DNA of 63,389 bases, counting the filler, from Octopus bimaculoides (lineage: Eukaryota), in NCBI RefSeq assembly GCF_001194135.2. It is 6 parts of 5 records of this genome, joined end to end, with 100 filler letters (N's around TTAATTAATTAA, not from the genome) between each part and the next. Parts side by side here need not be neighbours in the genome. Positions count along the whole stretch, not along the records: positions 38,018 to 50,084 come from NC_068993.1; positions 50,185 to 58,472 come from NC_068987.1; 4 more parts are not named here. One strand, given 5' to 3'. Below, one piece after another: positions 38,899-50,702 of this stretch. The translations under genes and the position numbers were made by a program. Numbering within the stretch: position 1 is the first letter of the stretch; each line of letters starts with the position of its first letter. The notes under the pieces are model-generated. The model searched no databases, was not told the DNA's origin, and was given only the letters and a program-made list of their open reading frames with translations.

Positions 38899-39282
38899 GT
38901 AAAGTGATATTCCTTTTTTTTTTTCCTTTTATATTACACATATAAATAATTAATTAATGTAGTCATTTATTTGTTTATTCATTATAATCTGTTTTTATCG
39001 CAAAGCCTTAGAAGTTTTGCGATTATAGAACAAAACGTTAAGAATACAAATAGGTTTTGGGAGTGCGAACGGTTTGAAAATACATCTTATACATCAGAAG
39101 AGAAATTTTTCAACGGAGTATGCGTTGTCAAACGTATACTGTTAGAAGCAGCATAGACGACATGTCAAAAGGTTTTTGAAAAAGAATTTATTACAGATAT
39201 ATGAAATATTCCATTATTTTATCACCATATTTTCCTTTGTCCCTCCCCCATAACTTCCAATAGAGCGTTTGATGTATACAAT

Positions 39283-39283
<1 letters not shown>

Positions 39284-39360
<77 letters not shown>

Positions 39361-39361
39361 G
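39284..39361. repeat. (GATA)n microsatellite
   Basis: Read directly. Confidence 0.97.
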
Positions 39362-39679
39362 CAAACAGAAAGAAAGCAAGAGATTTTGATAAAGGGGTAA
39401 AATGAATTATTCTCCTACAGCTACCATCTTTGTTGGCAAATTCGCTTTGATAAATAGATTTAATGATCCATGTTAGCTATTTACTAAGTATTGTAGATAG
39501 GATTTGATCCCCAAATTTTTGCTAATCATTCGTATGTTAATGTGAGTGATAAATCTCATGCCATTTGTAATATCGTACATACCTATGGTGTATCGCCGCG
39601 CTCCATCTGTGACCAATTCGTTTTAATTTTATCGATCATTGTACATTCAAGACTACATTATCCAGTAAGTTCTACCCAT

Positions 39680-39972
39680 TTTTAAAGGCGCTTGAATGTG
39701 ATTTGATGGACATTTAACTGATATTTACTGCAGATACCAAGGAACACTTAGAGGAGTTGTCATTGAATTCGTTATGTCGTTATTACGAGGAGGAGAAGTA
39801 AGCTTAAGGAATCATTCAGATGATTACTTAAGTACATGAACTTATACAATCAGGGTTAATTCATTCAAATTTCAACAGAATGACCTCAGACGTACATAAA
39901 CCACCACAGACTTCTACACCTGCTAGAAATATCAGCTAAATCCCCTTAATTACAATATGTACTGTCTTAAAG
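39680..39972. mobile_element. Decayed TIR (MITE-like) repeat
   Basis: 39697-39733 TGTGATTTGATGGACATTTAACTGATATTTACTGCAG aligns with the revcomp of 39920-39955. Confidence 0.6.
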
Positions 39973-39984
39973 AGGGAAGAAATG

Positions 39985-40016
<32 letters not shown>

Positions 40017-40311
40017 GCCGCCTATGAGGAGGCGTATAAATCGATTAAAGTTGTTCATCATTTTTTTTCAGTCTGCGAAGAAATGGCTAAAAATTTGCCT
40101 TGTTTATAATTATACCATATATATATTAACCTGAAGAAAAGAACGAAAAGTCACAGAGAGAATGTCATTGGGCATTTGTCTATCTAAGAGATTGTTCTAA
40201 GGTTAAACAACTTCCAAAAGAATATGGGAGATGAGGTATTAAAGTTCTTCATAGTTCAAGCACCATCGTACAAGGAAGGGCTGCTGATGAATTGTGGGGA
40301 ATTATTTAAAT

Positions 40312-40827
40312 TGGGGGTGGAGAAATCCTTGCCGGCGGGCGCAGTTTACGCCCGCGAGCCCATTTTATTACGCCCGCAGGATAATATACTCGTATGAACA
40401 AAATATAGTAAATTTTTCAATTATTAAATTTATACGATACTAGTATGCCTATTTGCGACATAGGTCGCGTTTCTACTACAACTTAAAACGGTTAAAATGG
40501 CAATTGCCATTTGAATGGAAATTTTCTTTTCACTATAAAACAAATACTGCTAAGTTTGTACTACCCTCTTGAGACCAAACTACACTCTAACTGAAAGATA
40601 TAGAATACCTCATAAGTAATATAAACATGCTAAATTCTGTGGCGGCGTGAATGAAGATGTTACGTGATAATTTAATGTGTTAAACTTATCTTTATTGATG
40701 TATATCGAATTATACATAGATATATACAAGATTTCCACAGATATAAGGGTTAGAACTTGTGATCCGCCTGCGGGCCTTTTTCTTTGGAAATTTTTGCCCG
40801 CCGCACTATAAAGTTTCCCTACCCCTG
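40312..40827. mobile_element. hAT (Charlie-like) MITE, 516 bp
   Basis: Perfect 8-bp TSD ATTTAAAT (40304-40311, 40828-40835). Termini (T/C)(G/A)GGGGT.G...CCCCTG with subterminal GCCCGC repeats. Confidence 0.9.
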
Positions 40828-42839
40828 ATTTAAATTACAGAAGTTCATAGTTAGTTGATGCATAAAATATCAATGTTTAATAAATAACATTCTAAAAAAT
40901 AAATATAAAAGACATTTTTACTTGAAAATAAAATGGGTTAATAATTAGAGAAGCAATTTTAATTATTCTACTCATTTACTGATAGAAATCATGGTCGTTT
41001 TAGATATATTTTTTCTTTTCATGTCTGTGAAAAATATTCCCACAGTATTTTCTGTGCTTTCGTTTATTCACAATGATTTATCAAGTCTTTTGAAATGTGT
41101 TTTCTTTTTCTTCTTTTACATTTTTTTTCGTTGATTTTCGTTTAGTTCAAAGGTTTTATTGTTTCACGTTATTTACACGTTTTATAAAAAGCATCTAAAT
41201 GACTGATACAGTGGAAGGTTTTGTCTAAATAACTAACATTACCGTGCAGTGAGTGTGTGAGAAATATTTAATTGTTAAAGAAGCTCTTTGTTTTTCTCAA
41301 CTCTAAAAATAAGCATGTCAGAAAAATTTCTCAACGATTCGTAGTCATAATTCTGTACAAAAAAACTGAATAAGTTAGAACCAGTTTTCGTGGTAAAATA
41401 ATTGCATCTTATTTATCATCGACAACTCTAAAATGGATGTGGACTGGAATATTTTTTAGAGCATCTATGAAGATCGTTCATTTTATTATGTGTTTCTGTC
41501 AGGCTGCGATTTTTGTTCATCATTCATGATTTGATTTTATAAGACTTTATTAGTCAAGTATTGGTGTCGATTTTATTCACAATCCACTCTCTCAGGCATG
41601 TTGAGTCTTGTAACCATGTTAGAAATCAATATTATGTTGTACGAGTCGGTGTGTTAGGTAATCCTTTCTATACTAGTTCTCCTCTCTGAATTAGTCATCA
41701 AAACGCTCCTCCCTTCTGTATTAATCATCCAGACACTATTACTCTCACGATAGCTAATTTGATATTCCTTTGTATTGCTGTTATTGATCACTTTACAAAG
41801 CAAATTGTTGTCCAGTCACACATCCACCGTCATGCAACACACCTGTGATTATCCTTTTACTGTGATATAGGGCTGTATTATCTATTTCCTTTCTGTTGTT
41901 TAATTAAACAGGATAGTTCCATTGTTACTTCTAGTAGGTCTAGCGATCAAGTTAGGCGTTTCCATTAAGCTGTTTCAATTCTGTAATTTGAGGCTTTCAT
42001 AGATTTCGTATCAGTTTAATACTACCAGCCAATTTAATCAATCTTTGACATTTCTCGGAATGAGAATAGCGACAGCTAACATCACTTTCTCCATTCTTAT
42101 AGGTACATGTCATATAGAACTTCTCGATTCCTTTATTAGACATTAAGCTACATCCAGCAATGGCTTTCCGGTTCGTGGTTTCTGAAGTTTTGAAAAGTAT
42201 CAAGCTACCCTTATTCACCACAGCTCTTAATTTCGTTAAGGGCTGGTAGTACCTGTCAAGATCCCCATTCTATGTCAAGTAGTAGAAGTTATTTCTGTGC
42301 AATACAACAATGAGAACATAGACTAAGGTACACAACCCTGGCCCTTAGACATGTGTGCTACAGCTCTAAATGTCTCTGGACATGCCCGAAGTCACCTGCA
42401 CCAGACCTACACACCAGACCTACACATCCCCAGATAACAGTGAAATATCCTATCTTTAAAATTGCTTGTTTGTTCTAGTAAATAAATGTATGGAGGTGGG
42501 TAAATGTTTGTGGGTACAATTCCTGATTACAGATTGTTTCTGCCTTTCAGTTCAACAATTTTTGTTATTGATCAACTTGGTGGTCTAGTAGAAGATATTT
42601 ATTCAACGTGGTGCTGCGCAATGGAATCCACCCTAAACCCAAGTTATTGCAAATATTGCCACACATATACTGTATAATATTGCAATGTTGTGTAAATGTT
42701 AAGACTTTGAAAACGCAATAAAAAAATTGTTGGCCAAGCATATACACATATAAGCTCACTCAAAAAAGACACACGTTACACAATTAAACGCATTTATAAC
42801 TAATTATTTAAATAACTCCTTATCCATTCTATATTTCAG

Positions 42840-42987
42840 TTACTATTTTTCTGTGGATACCATTGAGCAATGGTTGTATGAATACAGCTGTCGGTGAATT
42901 TATGAATTGTACAATGAAATTAAATATCCCAATGGCAGCATCACCAGATAAATCCTCGTTAAAACAGCAAATGGATGTGATATGCAA
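42840..42987 (+). CDS. Predicted coding exon 2 (VTIFLWIPLSNG-CMNTAVGEFMNCTMKLNIPMAASPDKSSLKQQMDVICK)
   Basis: Strong acceptor ctccttatccattctatatttcag| and donor TGCAA|gtaatt. 148 nt, open from phase 1 to phase 2. Completes a hydrophobic signal peptide ending S-N-G and is followed by three Cys. Confidence 0.72.
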
Positions 42988-43154
42988 GTAATTAGACATT
43001 TTATTAAATACTTATTATTCAATTAATTGTTCACTGCCTTATAATTCAGTCAGAATAAGTTACACAATGAAATAAGATTGATATGAGGATAACTAGAATT
43101 GTAAAACGTCTGACATTTGTTTTCTTCTTAATAATAAATATGCAAAACAATATA

Positions 43155-43325
43155 TTTGTTTCAAATTTTGGCCAGCAATTTCCGGGAAGGAGAGAAGTTG
43201 TTTACATCGATCCTCGTGTTCGACTGGTACTTATTTTATCGACCTGGAGAGGACGAAAGGCAAATTCTACTCCAGCGAAATTTGAACTAAGAAGGATAAG
43301 TCGGAAGAAATACTGCTAAACATTC
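43155..43325 (-). mobile_element. Family-A SINE (decayed)
   Basis: Revcomp of the central domain (GGTACTTATTTTATCGAC..GAAAGGCAAA) and B box. Confidence 0.75.
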
Positions 43326-43570
43326 AATTTAATTTATCAAAATTAAATTAAATGTCACAATATAAATATATAACTATATAATTTAGAGAATAAAATCACA
43401 ATTATTTAATTCATCCATGAAACTATTTTAATATTTATTACTTTGTACGTTTTTTTGATTTTTATTATAGATTTATATATATATATATATATATATTGGT
43501 ATATAAGTATATATATTGGTATAGAAGCGTTAGCACGCCGGGCGAAATGCTTAGCGGTGTTTCGTCTGTC

Positions 43571-46500
43571 TCCTTTGTTGCTTGCGCATCGCACATGTGT
43601 TCGTGGTGAAAGTTGCTGTTTCTTGGTGTTGATATTGCTAATGGCTGCTGTTTCTAATAGCTTCTGTTTCTTGTTGAATTGTTGAATTTCGTAACTATTG
43701 GAGTTTTCGTTTGAAAGCACTAGGTGCTTGAGGAGGGCACGCGTTGCTCATTTCTCCGTTGGGGGTAGGAATGTCGTCAAACGGGGGAGGGAGGTTACCG
43801 TTGGAGCGGAAGTATTTGTTTCCCCTGTTGAAGCGAGGAATTGCATGTTGTCTGGCGGGGAGCCAGCTGCGAGCGGGGAAATGGTGGATTCCCCCGAAGA
43901 TGGAATTTTTTATTCCCCCGTTGCAGGAAGAAGTAGCAGGGTGTATAAGTTATTTGGGAGGAATTCCCGAGTTTGCCAAGGAACGGGGGCATTGTGTCCA
44001 AAAGAGTGATTGATGCACCTANNNNNNNNNNGAGGATGGAGAGGTACCTGAGGCCGGTCTGGAGCAACGTGGTTTGTCTGACGTGAAGCAGGAGGTTTGA
44101 TGCGATGGAGGTGGGGTTTACCAGCAGAGAAGTTGCAGGGGGACATTCGGTGGAAGCGCAGAAGGCGGGCGACGTGGCGCTCATGCCCACTTATATGGGG
44201 ATGGGAGCGTCCAGAATTAGAATCACAAGGATCCCACCGGAGGTGAATCCTATGTGGTTGGTGGCGGCAGTCCTAATCAAACAGGAAGAGAAAATTACTC
44301 TCCTCCAGGCTGCCGCTACCGGGGGCGCTGACTGAACTGGTCAAACGGTTGGTCTCCTTATCCAGGCTGACCCTAAAGTAGTTGAAACAATTCCCGGGAC
44401 AATTGAGATGGGGGTGGAGACTCTCATGGTGTTTGTTGAGGGCCAAAAACCCCGATGTTTTTTGTGCGTCCAATTAGGCCACATTCGAAGGAACTGCAAG
44501 GAAAATGAGGAAGGGGAGAAGGAAGAAAAGGAGGAAGAAGAGGAAAAAGATGAGAAGAAAACAACAAACAAAAAGGAAAATACAATCAGCAATTCAACCG
44601 AGAGAGGCGACTACTACAGAACAACGACCAAAAAAGACTGCCAGAAAAGAAAAAGAGGAAAAAGGCATAATAGCCGTATACAGTAAAGATACTGAGCTAA
44701 TGAGAGACATTCAATTGATTAAGACTGCAAAAAAAAATAAATAACCTTTCTGAGAAATTTAACAACTATGACGTGTATGAAGTCTCAAATAAGACTCATA
44801 AAATTTTACCAAACAAATACCGTAAGACAGTATCATCTATGAAATTGGACTTTAATAAGTCTATATTTCATGGAATACCAGCCCCGATCCCTCGAGAAAA
44901 GAAAAAGGTGGACACCCCTCTCCACTCCACCTGATAATTCTGTGTCGGTAATGAGACGGGATTTTAACAAATCTATTTCCCAAGACCTGCCATCTCCGAC
45001 CTTGTATCAAGAAAAAGTGGAGGGTCCTTCTCCACCGGACAGCCCTGATTAACAGGTAAATCATGTCTATTCACATTGGTTGTATAAATGTTCGTGGCCT
45101 GATGCCTAGCTGGAAGCAAGTACGCTTCCTAAATGACATCAGGTCAAGAAAATTGGATGTGATTGTTGCAACGGAAACCCGAGTAAAGGGGCGAAGAGAT
45201 CTGTCCCCCCCCCCCGCCTCCTGAATGGCTATGAGAAATACGTTTCTCCGAGTCGGGCGGGAGGGGGTGTTGTCCTACTAAAATGAAACCGGGTAGCCGA
45301 GAAAAAGTTGGGTTTTTTTTCTGATCCAGAAGGCAGGCTGGTCGTTCTCGACATGACATTCAGTTGTGGCAAGATAATCAGGCTAGTCGCTATTTATGCA
45401 CCCAACATTATGGGCCCACAAAGTGAATATTTTCGTAACCTGGGCAAGTTCATGGCCACGTCACATTCGCTAGTATTGTTAGGAGACTTTAACACAATAT
45501 GTGAGGCACACACAAATTGTGTTAGCTCGAACATGAACAGAAAATGTAACCCAGGCTTACGGGATCTGCTAAGTCATTTTCAGCTAGCAGATCCATATAG
45601 GTTGGAACACCCGAACACTCTACAGTGGACGTGGTTAAATAGTGACGTGTCTTCCAGAACATATCTAGATAGGATTTTAATTAGAGAAACAGATAAGTCC
45701 ATAGCTAAGCGTCCACAGTTTTTTCTAGTCATCTATAGTGACCACAAGATGGTTACCTGTAAACTGACAATAGATAAGTTACATAGTCAGTGATCTGGCT
45801 ACTGGAAACTTAATACACCCCTTTTGGCGATTGAGGAATACAGAAAGCGGATCAAGATATTAATACATAGGGCATTGACAGGTACCATCATTAATAACAA
45901 ATGGTGGTACACCCTAAAAAGAGCCATCAAATATGAGTCTATTAGGTTTAGCGTAAGTTTAGCTAAGGGACGTAGAATAGGAGATGGTTTAGTTAAGGAA
46001 CTAGAAGAAGCCTGAAGGACTGGTAATGCGAACCAAGTGAAGGTAAAAAGACTGGAGTTAAACCAGTATCTTGAAGCCCAACACATGGGAAGTATTGCCA
46101 GAGCTAAGTTACGTGCGATGGGAAGTGAAGGAATCAAGGCCGCTGGATGGGCCCGAGTGGGGGAAGCTCGGCAAGGAAATAGTTCCACGATACGGTCTTT
46201 GACGAATCATAATGGCGTCTTGGTAAACGAACCCGAGAAAATGTGTGAGGCCCTTCGAGAATACTTCGCCCAATTGTTGGGGGGTTACGGCGGTCCTGGT
46301 GGTGAGAGAGCCCTCGAGAACATTCTTGTCGGGTTGCCGTGTCTCCCGGGGTCGGATGCGGAGTCTTGCGAAGGGCCAATCACGCCTGTGGGGGTGATAG
46401 AGGCTTTAGCCGACTGTAAAGCGGGTAAGTCGCCGGGACTTGATGGTATTCCGTATGAGCTGTATAAATGTATGCCAGACTTGTTCGGGCATCAACTGCG

Positions 46501-47915
46501 TGACGTCTACGCGAACTGGCAACAGAATGGGTTTATCCCCAGATTTGTGCGCCGGTGAGTAGTGACATTGGTCAGAAAGGACCCGGACAAGGGGGACGTT
46601 ATAGAGAATTTCAGGCCCATCACTCTGTTAAACGCAGAAGTGAAGATTTTGGCCAAGGTCTTAGTGAAAAGGTTGGCGCGTGTCGCAAATGGTATAGTCG
46701 GGGAGGCACAGACACATGCCATCCCAGGCAGAACCATTCAGGATACCCGCCATCTTATTCGCTATACCATAGAGAGGGTTGGTAATAAATCCGGCAAATG
46801 TGGGGCATTGGTATATTTGGACCAGTCTAAAGCTTTTGATAGGGTTGACCATCGATACCTGGCGACTGTGCTTGCGCGGTTCAGCCTGGGCCTTGGCTTC
46901 CTCAGGTGGTTTATCGCTTTGTACCACAACATCGACTCGATAGTTCGGGTGAACGGTTTCTTTTCGAAGCCGTTCTGCATCAGACGCTCGGTTCGTCAAG
47001 GATGTCCGCTCTCACCACTTTTTTATGTGGTGGCTCTGGAGCCCCTACTACGATGGTTGAGTGGCATCTCGAGAGAACCAGGTCTAGAGAAATTTGTTAC
47101 GGCTTACGCGGATGATATCACTATCAGCGTAACCTCAGTAGCACGCCTACGTGAAGTGGGTAAGACTATTGAGGCTTACGAGGAGGTAGTAGGAGCTATT
47201 CCGGCGCTCGGGCAACGCCAGCGGTGGGGGTTCCACACGGATTTTATATAGTGGGTTGGTAGAGTTTGAATGTGACGATTGCCTAAGGGTGACTCTAGGT
47301 CTCGGGTTTATTCAACTGGACAGCCTGTTTCACCGTACATTCGGGTTGAGAACGTTGGACAACTTCCAAAAGTCCTTAACCTGGCAATGCTACAGAGGTG
47401 CCTTGCCCGTTTGGGATAAGCTCGCAAAACATGGTAAGCGTCTGTCGCCGACCTGTCCAAGATGCGAGGGAGACAGGGAAACCGTCCCTCACGCTATTGT
47501 TCAGTGTCCGGAGATATCTGAAATGTGTGCTTATGCTGAACACCTTGTTGTCCGGCGAAGGAAGACTACAGCTGTCAACTGAATCAATTATAAAAATTGA
47601 CCCACCGGGAGTTTTAACAAACGAAGGTAAGAATTGTTTTCTCACGGTTGTAGCAATAGCGAAAGAGACAGTATGGAAGACTAGGATAAAAGGAATTAAG
47701 ACAGGCAACTTTATCTCTGGCCNNNNNNNNNNNNNNNNNNNNNNNNNNNNNNNNNNNNNNNNNNNNNNNNNNNNNNNNNNNNNNNNNNNNNNNNNNNNNN
47801 NNNNNNNNNNNNNNNNNNNNNNNNNNNNNNNNNNNNNNNNNNNNNNNNNNNNNNNNNNNNNNNNNNNNNNNNNNNNNNNNNNNNNNNNNNNNNNNNNNTG
47901 TCCCTGTATTGTTAA
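43571..47915 (+). mobile_element. Near full-length decayed Tx1/L1-clade non-LTR retrotransposon (ORF1 + ORF2) in intron 2 of the predicted gene
   Basis: ORF1 remnant with RRM-like RIRITRIPPEV and CCHC knuckle CFLCVQLGHIRRNC (~44455-44500). ORF2 from ATG 45063: APE motifs (CINVRGL, ATET, YAPN, LGDFN, LDRIL, SDH), YWKLN, RT motifs (GKSPGLDG, FRPITLLN, LDQSKAFDRVDH, RQGCPLSP, YADD) and C-terminal CPRC..ETVPH...CP. Several stops and frameshifts, plus an internal deletion near 47198. The 3' end runs into a gap. Confidence 0.93.
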
Positions 47916-48009
47916 TTTCATTCGATTTTTTTTAAAGATTTTTTATTTAATTTATAAAAGTCGTACTTTATGTAAAATCATACCGATTTACTGATCCCAT
48001 CAGTTGTTC

Positions 48010-48240
48010 TGTCCATTTCTATGTTTAGCCCCCAGTGGGCAATGAAGAAATTGGTATTTCGTCTGCCGTTACGTTCTGAGTTCAAATTCCACTGAGGTCG
48101 ACTTTGCCTTTCATCCTTTCGGGATCGATAAATTAAGTACCAGTTACGCACTTGGGTCGACGTAATCGACTTAATCCCTTTGTCTGTCCTTGTTTGTCCC
48201 CTCTATGTTTAGCCCCCTGTGGGCAATAAAGAAATAAGAA
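48010..48240 (+). mobile_element. Family-A SINE (partial tandem)
   Basis: GAGTTCAAATTCC..GTCGACTTTGCCTTTCATCC..; tail ATGTTTAGCCCC..GGGCAAT duplicated at both ends. Confidence 0.88.
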
Positions 48241-48540
48241 ATGTAGAAAAAGAAGTTAGAAATGTATTGGGATTCGTTTAGATCTTTTATTTAAAATTTT
48301 TTTAGACATATCCTGTTTCACAGATTGCTTTGATTTTCAAAAGTTGAGATGGTTATGCTGTTAACTGTCATGCTTCTGATTGGAGTTTAAAAATTGTCTT
48401 GTTTTTATTAAGAGAACCTGGTTCAAATTAGTATATGTTTGGGGTTCGTTTTGATTGGCCGTAGATCACGAGAATAGGTTTAGAAATTTTAGTAAATTTC
48501 CCGCTACATCCGTTATTTAATGACATCTGACAATATGCTG

Positions 48541-48922
48541 TGGCGCGTAAGTTAAAACTGTTACGGTTGAGTGAACATGTCCAGTACCTGCCTAGATATA
48601 TGCAAACAATAACTATTCAACCACTGCGCTCCATAGAAACAACTCTTGACCACTTTACCCCTTGACAGATTAAATTTAGAGAGCTCAGATTGGAAATTGC
48701 ACAACACATGTTCACTCAGCCGTGTCAGACTTAATTTTCGGCGCAAAAAATATAACCACATGATATTAACGCATGAACGTAGCAAAGAACCTACCAGCAA
48801 TTACTGAGGCTAATCACGTGATCTTCCACTACATTTGACCGTTAAAACTCAGACAGCTTTCATTGTTTGGGATTGGCACTAGATGTGCTCACTCAACCAT
48901 GACAACTTTAACTTACGGCACC
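48541..48922. mobile_element. MITE-like element with ~46-bp imperfect TIRs and a third internal TIR copy
   Basis: Left GGCGCGTAAGTTAAAACTGTTACGGTTGAGTGAACATGTCCAGT; reverse copies at 48706-48744 and 48877-48922. Confidence 0.7.
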
Positions 48923-49644
48923 AAAGATATTATCCCCTGACATTAAAGAACGCACGTAGCGAGGAAACTATAAGCATTTCTAAATTTAATCATATGATCA
49001 AAATCAGTCGATCAAAACGCATCGAAAAGAGATACTAATTTGAGCAATGTTCTCTATAAAAACAAGTCAATTTTTAAACCCCAGTCAGAAGCAATACAGT
49101 TGCAGCATACCTCCACGTCTTTCTATCTCAACCTTTGAAAATCAGAAATCTGTGAAATCGGTTGAGTTTTAAAAATTTACACACAAAAACCATAGTAATG
49201 TTCATTAGGATAACTGATGATAGTAACGCAAATATATTTTATGTTCGACTGTGAATGTCTTACATCTTAGTCTTGTTATTCTGGGTTGGCCTTCATTCTT
49301 GTAATGTGGAAAGCGTTTTATGGGGATAGCTTACTTTCGTAGTGTTTGTTTTTCTCCATAAGTCATCTAATTAAGCTTGAACAAGCCTGAGACATTGGAG
49401 TCTAGTTTACGGGAAGTTCAGTGGCATATAGTTTACTGTTTCTTTATTGGTAGGGTCAAATAAGGTATTCCATCCGGTGAGAGATAAATATCATTTGACA
49501 TACACGGAATTTAAGAAAACTATTGGTAGCTCATTTTAAAATTCTGTGTATATTAAATCACACACACACACATATACATATACATACATGTGTGCATGTG
49601 TGTGTGTGTGTACATCTATCTTCTAAATTTATTTCTTTTTCTAG

Positions 49645-49790
49645 GATGGAATCAGAAAAGAAAAAGAAATTCCATTCTTGCTTTGACAACTTTAAAAAAT
49701 GTGAACAAATTAAGACAATATCAGAAAGTGTGGGGATAAATATCTTGAAGACGATGGAGTCCACCGAGAAGCTGTGTAAACACGAACAAG
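49645..49790 (+). CDS. Predicted coding exon 3 (MESEKKKKFHSCFDNFKKCEQIKTISESVGINILKTMESTEKLCKHEQ)
   Basis: Acceptor tttatttctttttctag| and donor ACAAG|gtaaga. 146 nt. Only the phase-2 frame is open (the other two hit stops), which matches the phase left by exon 2. Ends in phase 1; the next exon was not identified. Confidence 0.72.
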
Positions 49791-50594
49791 GTAAGATTTA
49801 GTTTTCTTATTAAAGCCTTTTTCTTGTCATTGTTGGTGAAATAATATGGACACAACCATCTGAGTTTATGTTACCCTCACACTCCATCAGCTCTGATCGA
49901 CCATTGCTCCAAATTGCTCCCCAGAGCAGCACAGAACAGTCACCGTGTTTCATTGTTCGCTACAATCTTTTCATGTCAAATTCTTGATCACAGTCTCCAG
50001 AACCACGCTCGACCACTGTCAGAAAATACAGCAAATCTGAACTCATCAGAAAATATGACAGTGTCCCAAAATGCTAGTGTCCTCNNNNNNNNNNNNNNNN
50101 NNNNNNNNNNNNNNNNNNNNNNNNNNNNTTAATTAATTAANNNNNNNNNNNNNNNNNNNNNNNNNNNNNNNNNNNNNNNNNNNNTGTGTGTGTATGCGTG
50201 TGTATGTATATATGAAACAATGCGTGGAAGATGCACAATATAAGAGAGCACACCTTTGATGCACATCTCATGAAGCGCCACACTAATGTCTATAACAGGA
50301 AACGTTACGTAATTTTTTTGCGTAAACTGACGTTGCAAGCAGAGTTAGTACAGAAACAATTGCAATAAGTAATTAAAGATAGATATATTAAAGGACGTCT
50401 TTGTCTTATTATCTGAATTATATTTTACTCTTCGCCACACCCACACAACGGTTTTACCGTCGTGAAGCCAGGATTTTCTACGCTTGAAGAATTTCGATAA
50501 TAGTGTGGAATCCAGCACTGTTGATAGCTCAGAACTTGCATTGCGTGCTTCTCTGAAAATACCCTACCTTTATACCCTACAGGATCCAGAATGA

Positions 50595-50616
50595 CAGACA
50601 GACAGACAGACAGACA

Positions 50617-50701
<85 letters not shown>
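50595..50701. repeat. Compound (GACA)n(GGCA)n(GATA)n microsatellite
   Basis: Read directly. Confidence 0.97.

Positions 50702-50702
<1 letters not shown>

Noticed and set aside
39734-39797. Phase-compatible exon candidate (DTKEHLEELSLNSLCRYYEEEK; actgcag| ... GAA|gtaagc)
   Set aside because: It lies inside a decayed TIR repeat whose terminus supplies the acceptor, and including it would break the signal peptide formed by exons 1 and 2.
39583-42294. Chain of small minus-strand exon candidates (42253-42294, 39583-39606)
   Set aside because: They are very short, encode nothing recognisable, and splice-like motifs this short are expected by chance in AT-rich introns.
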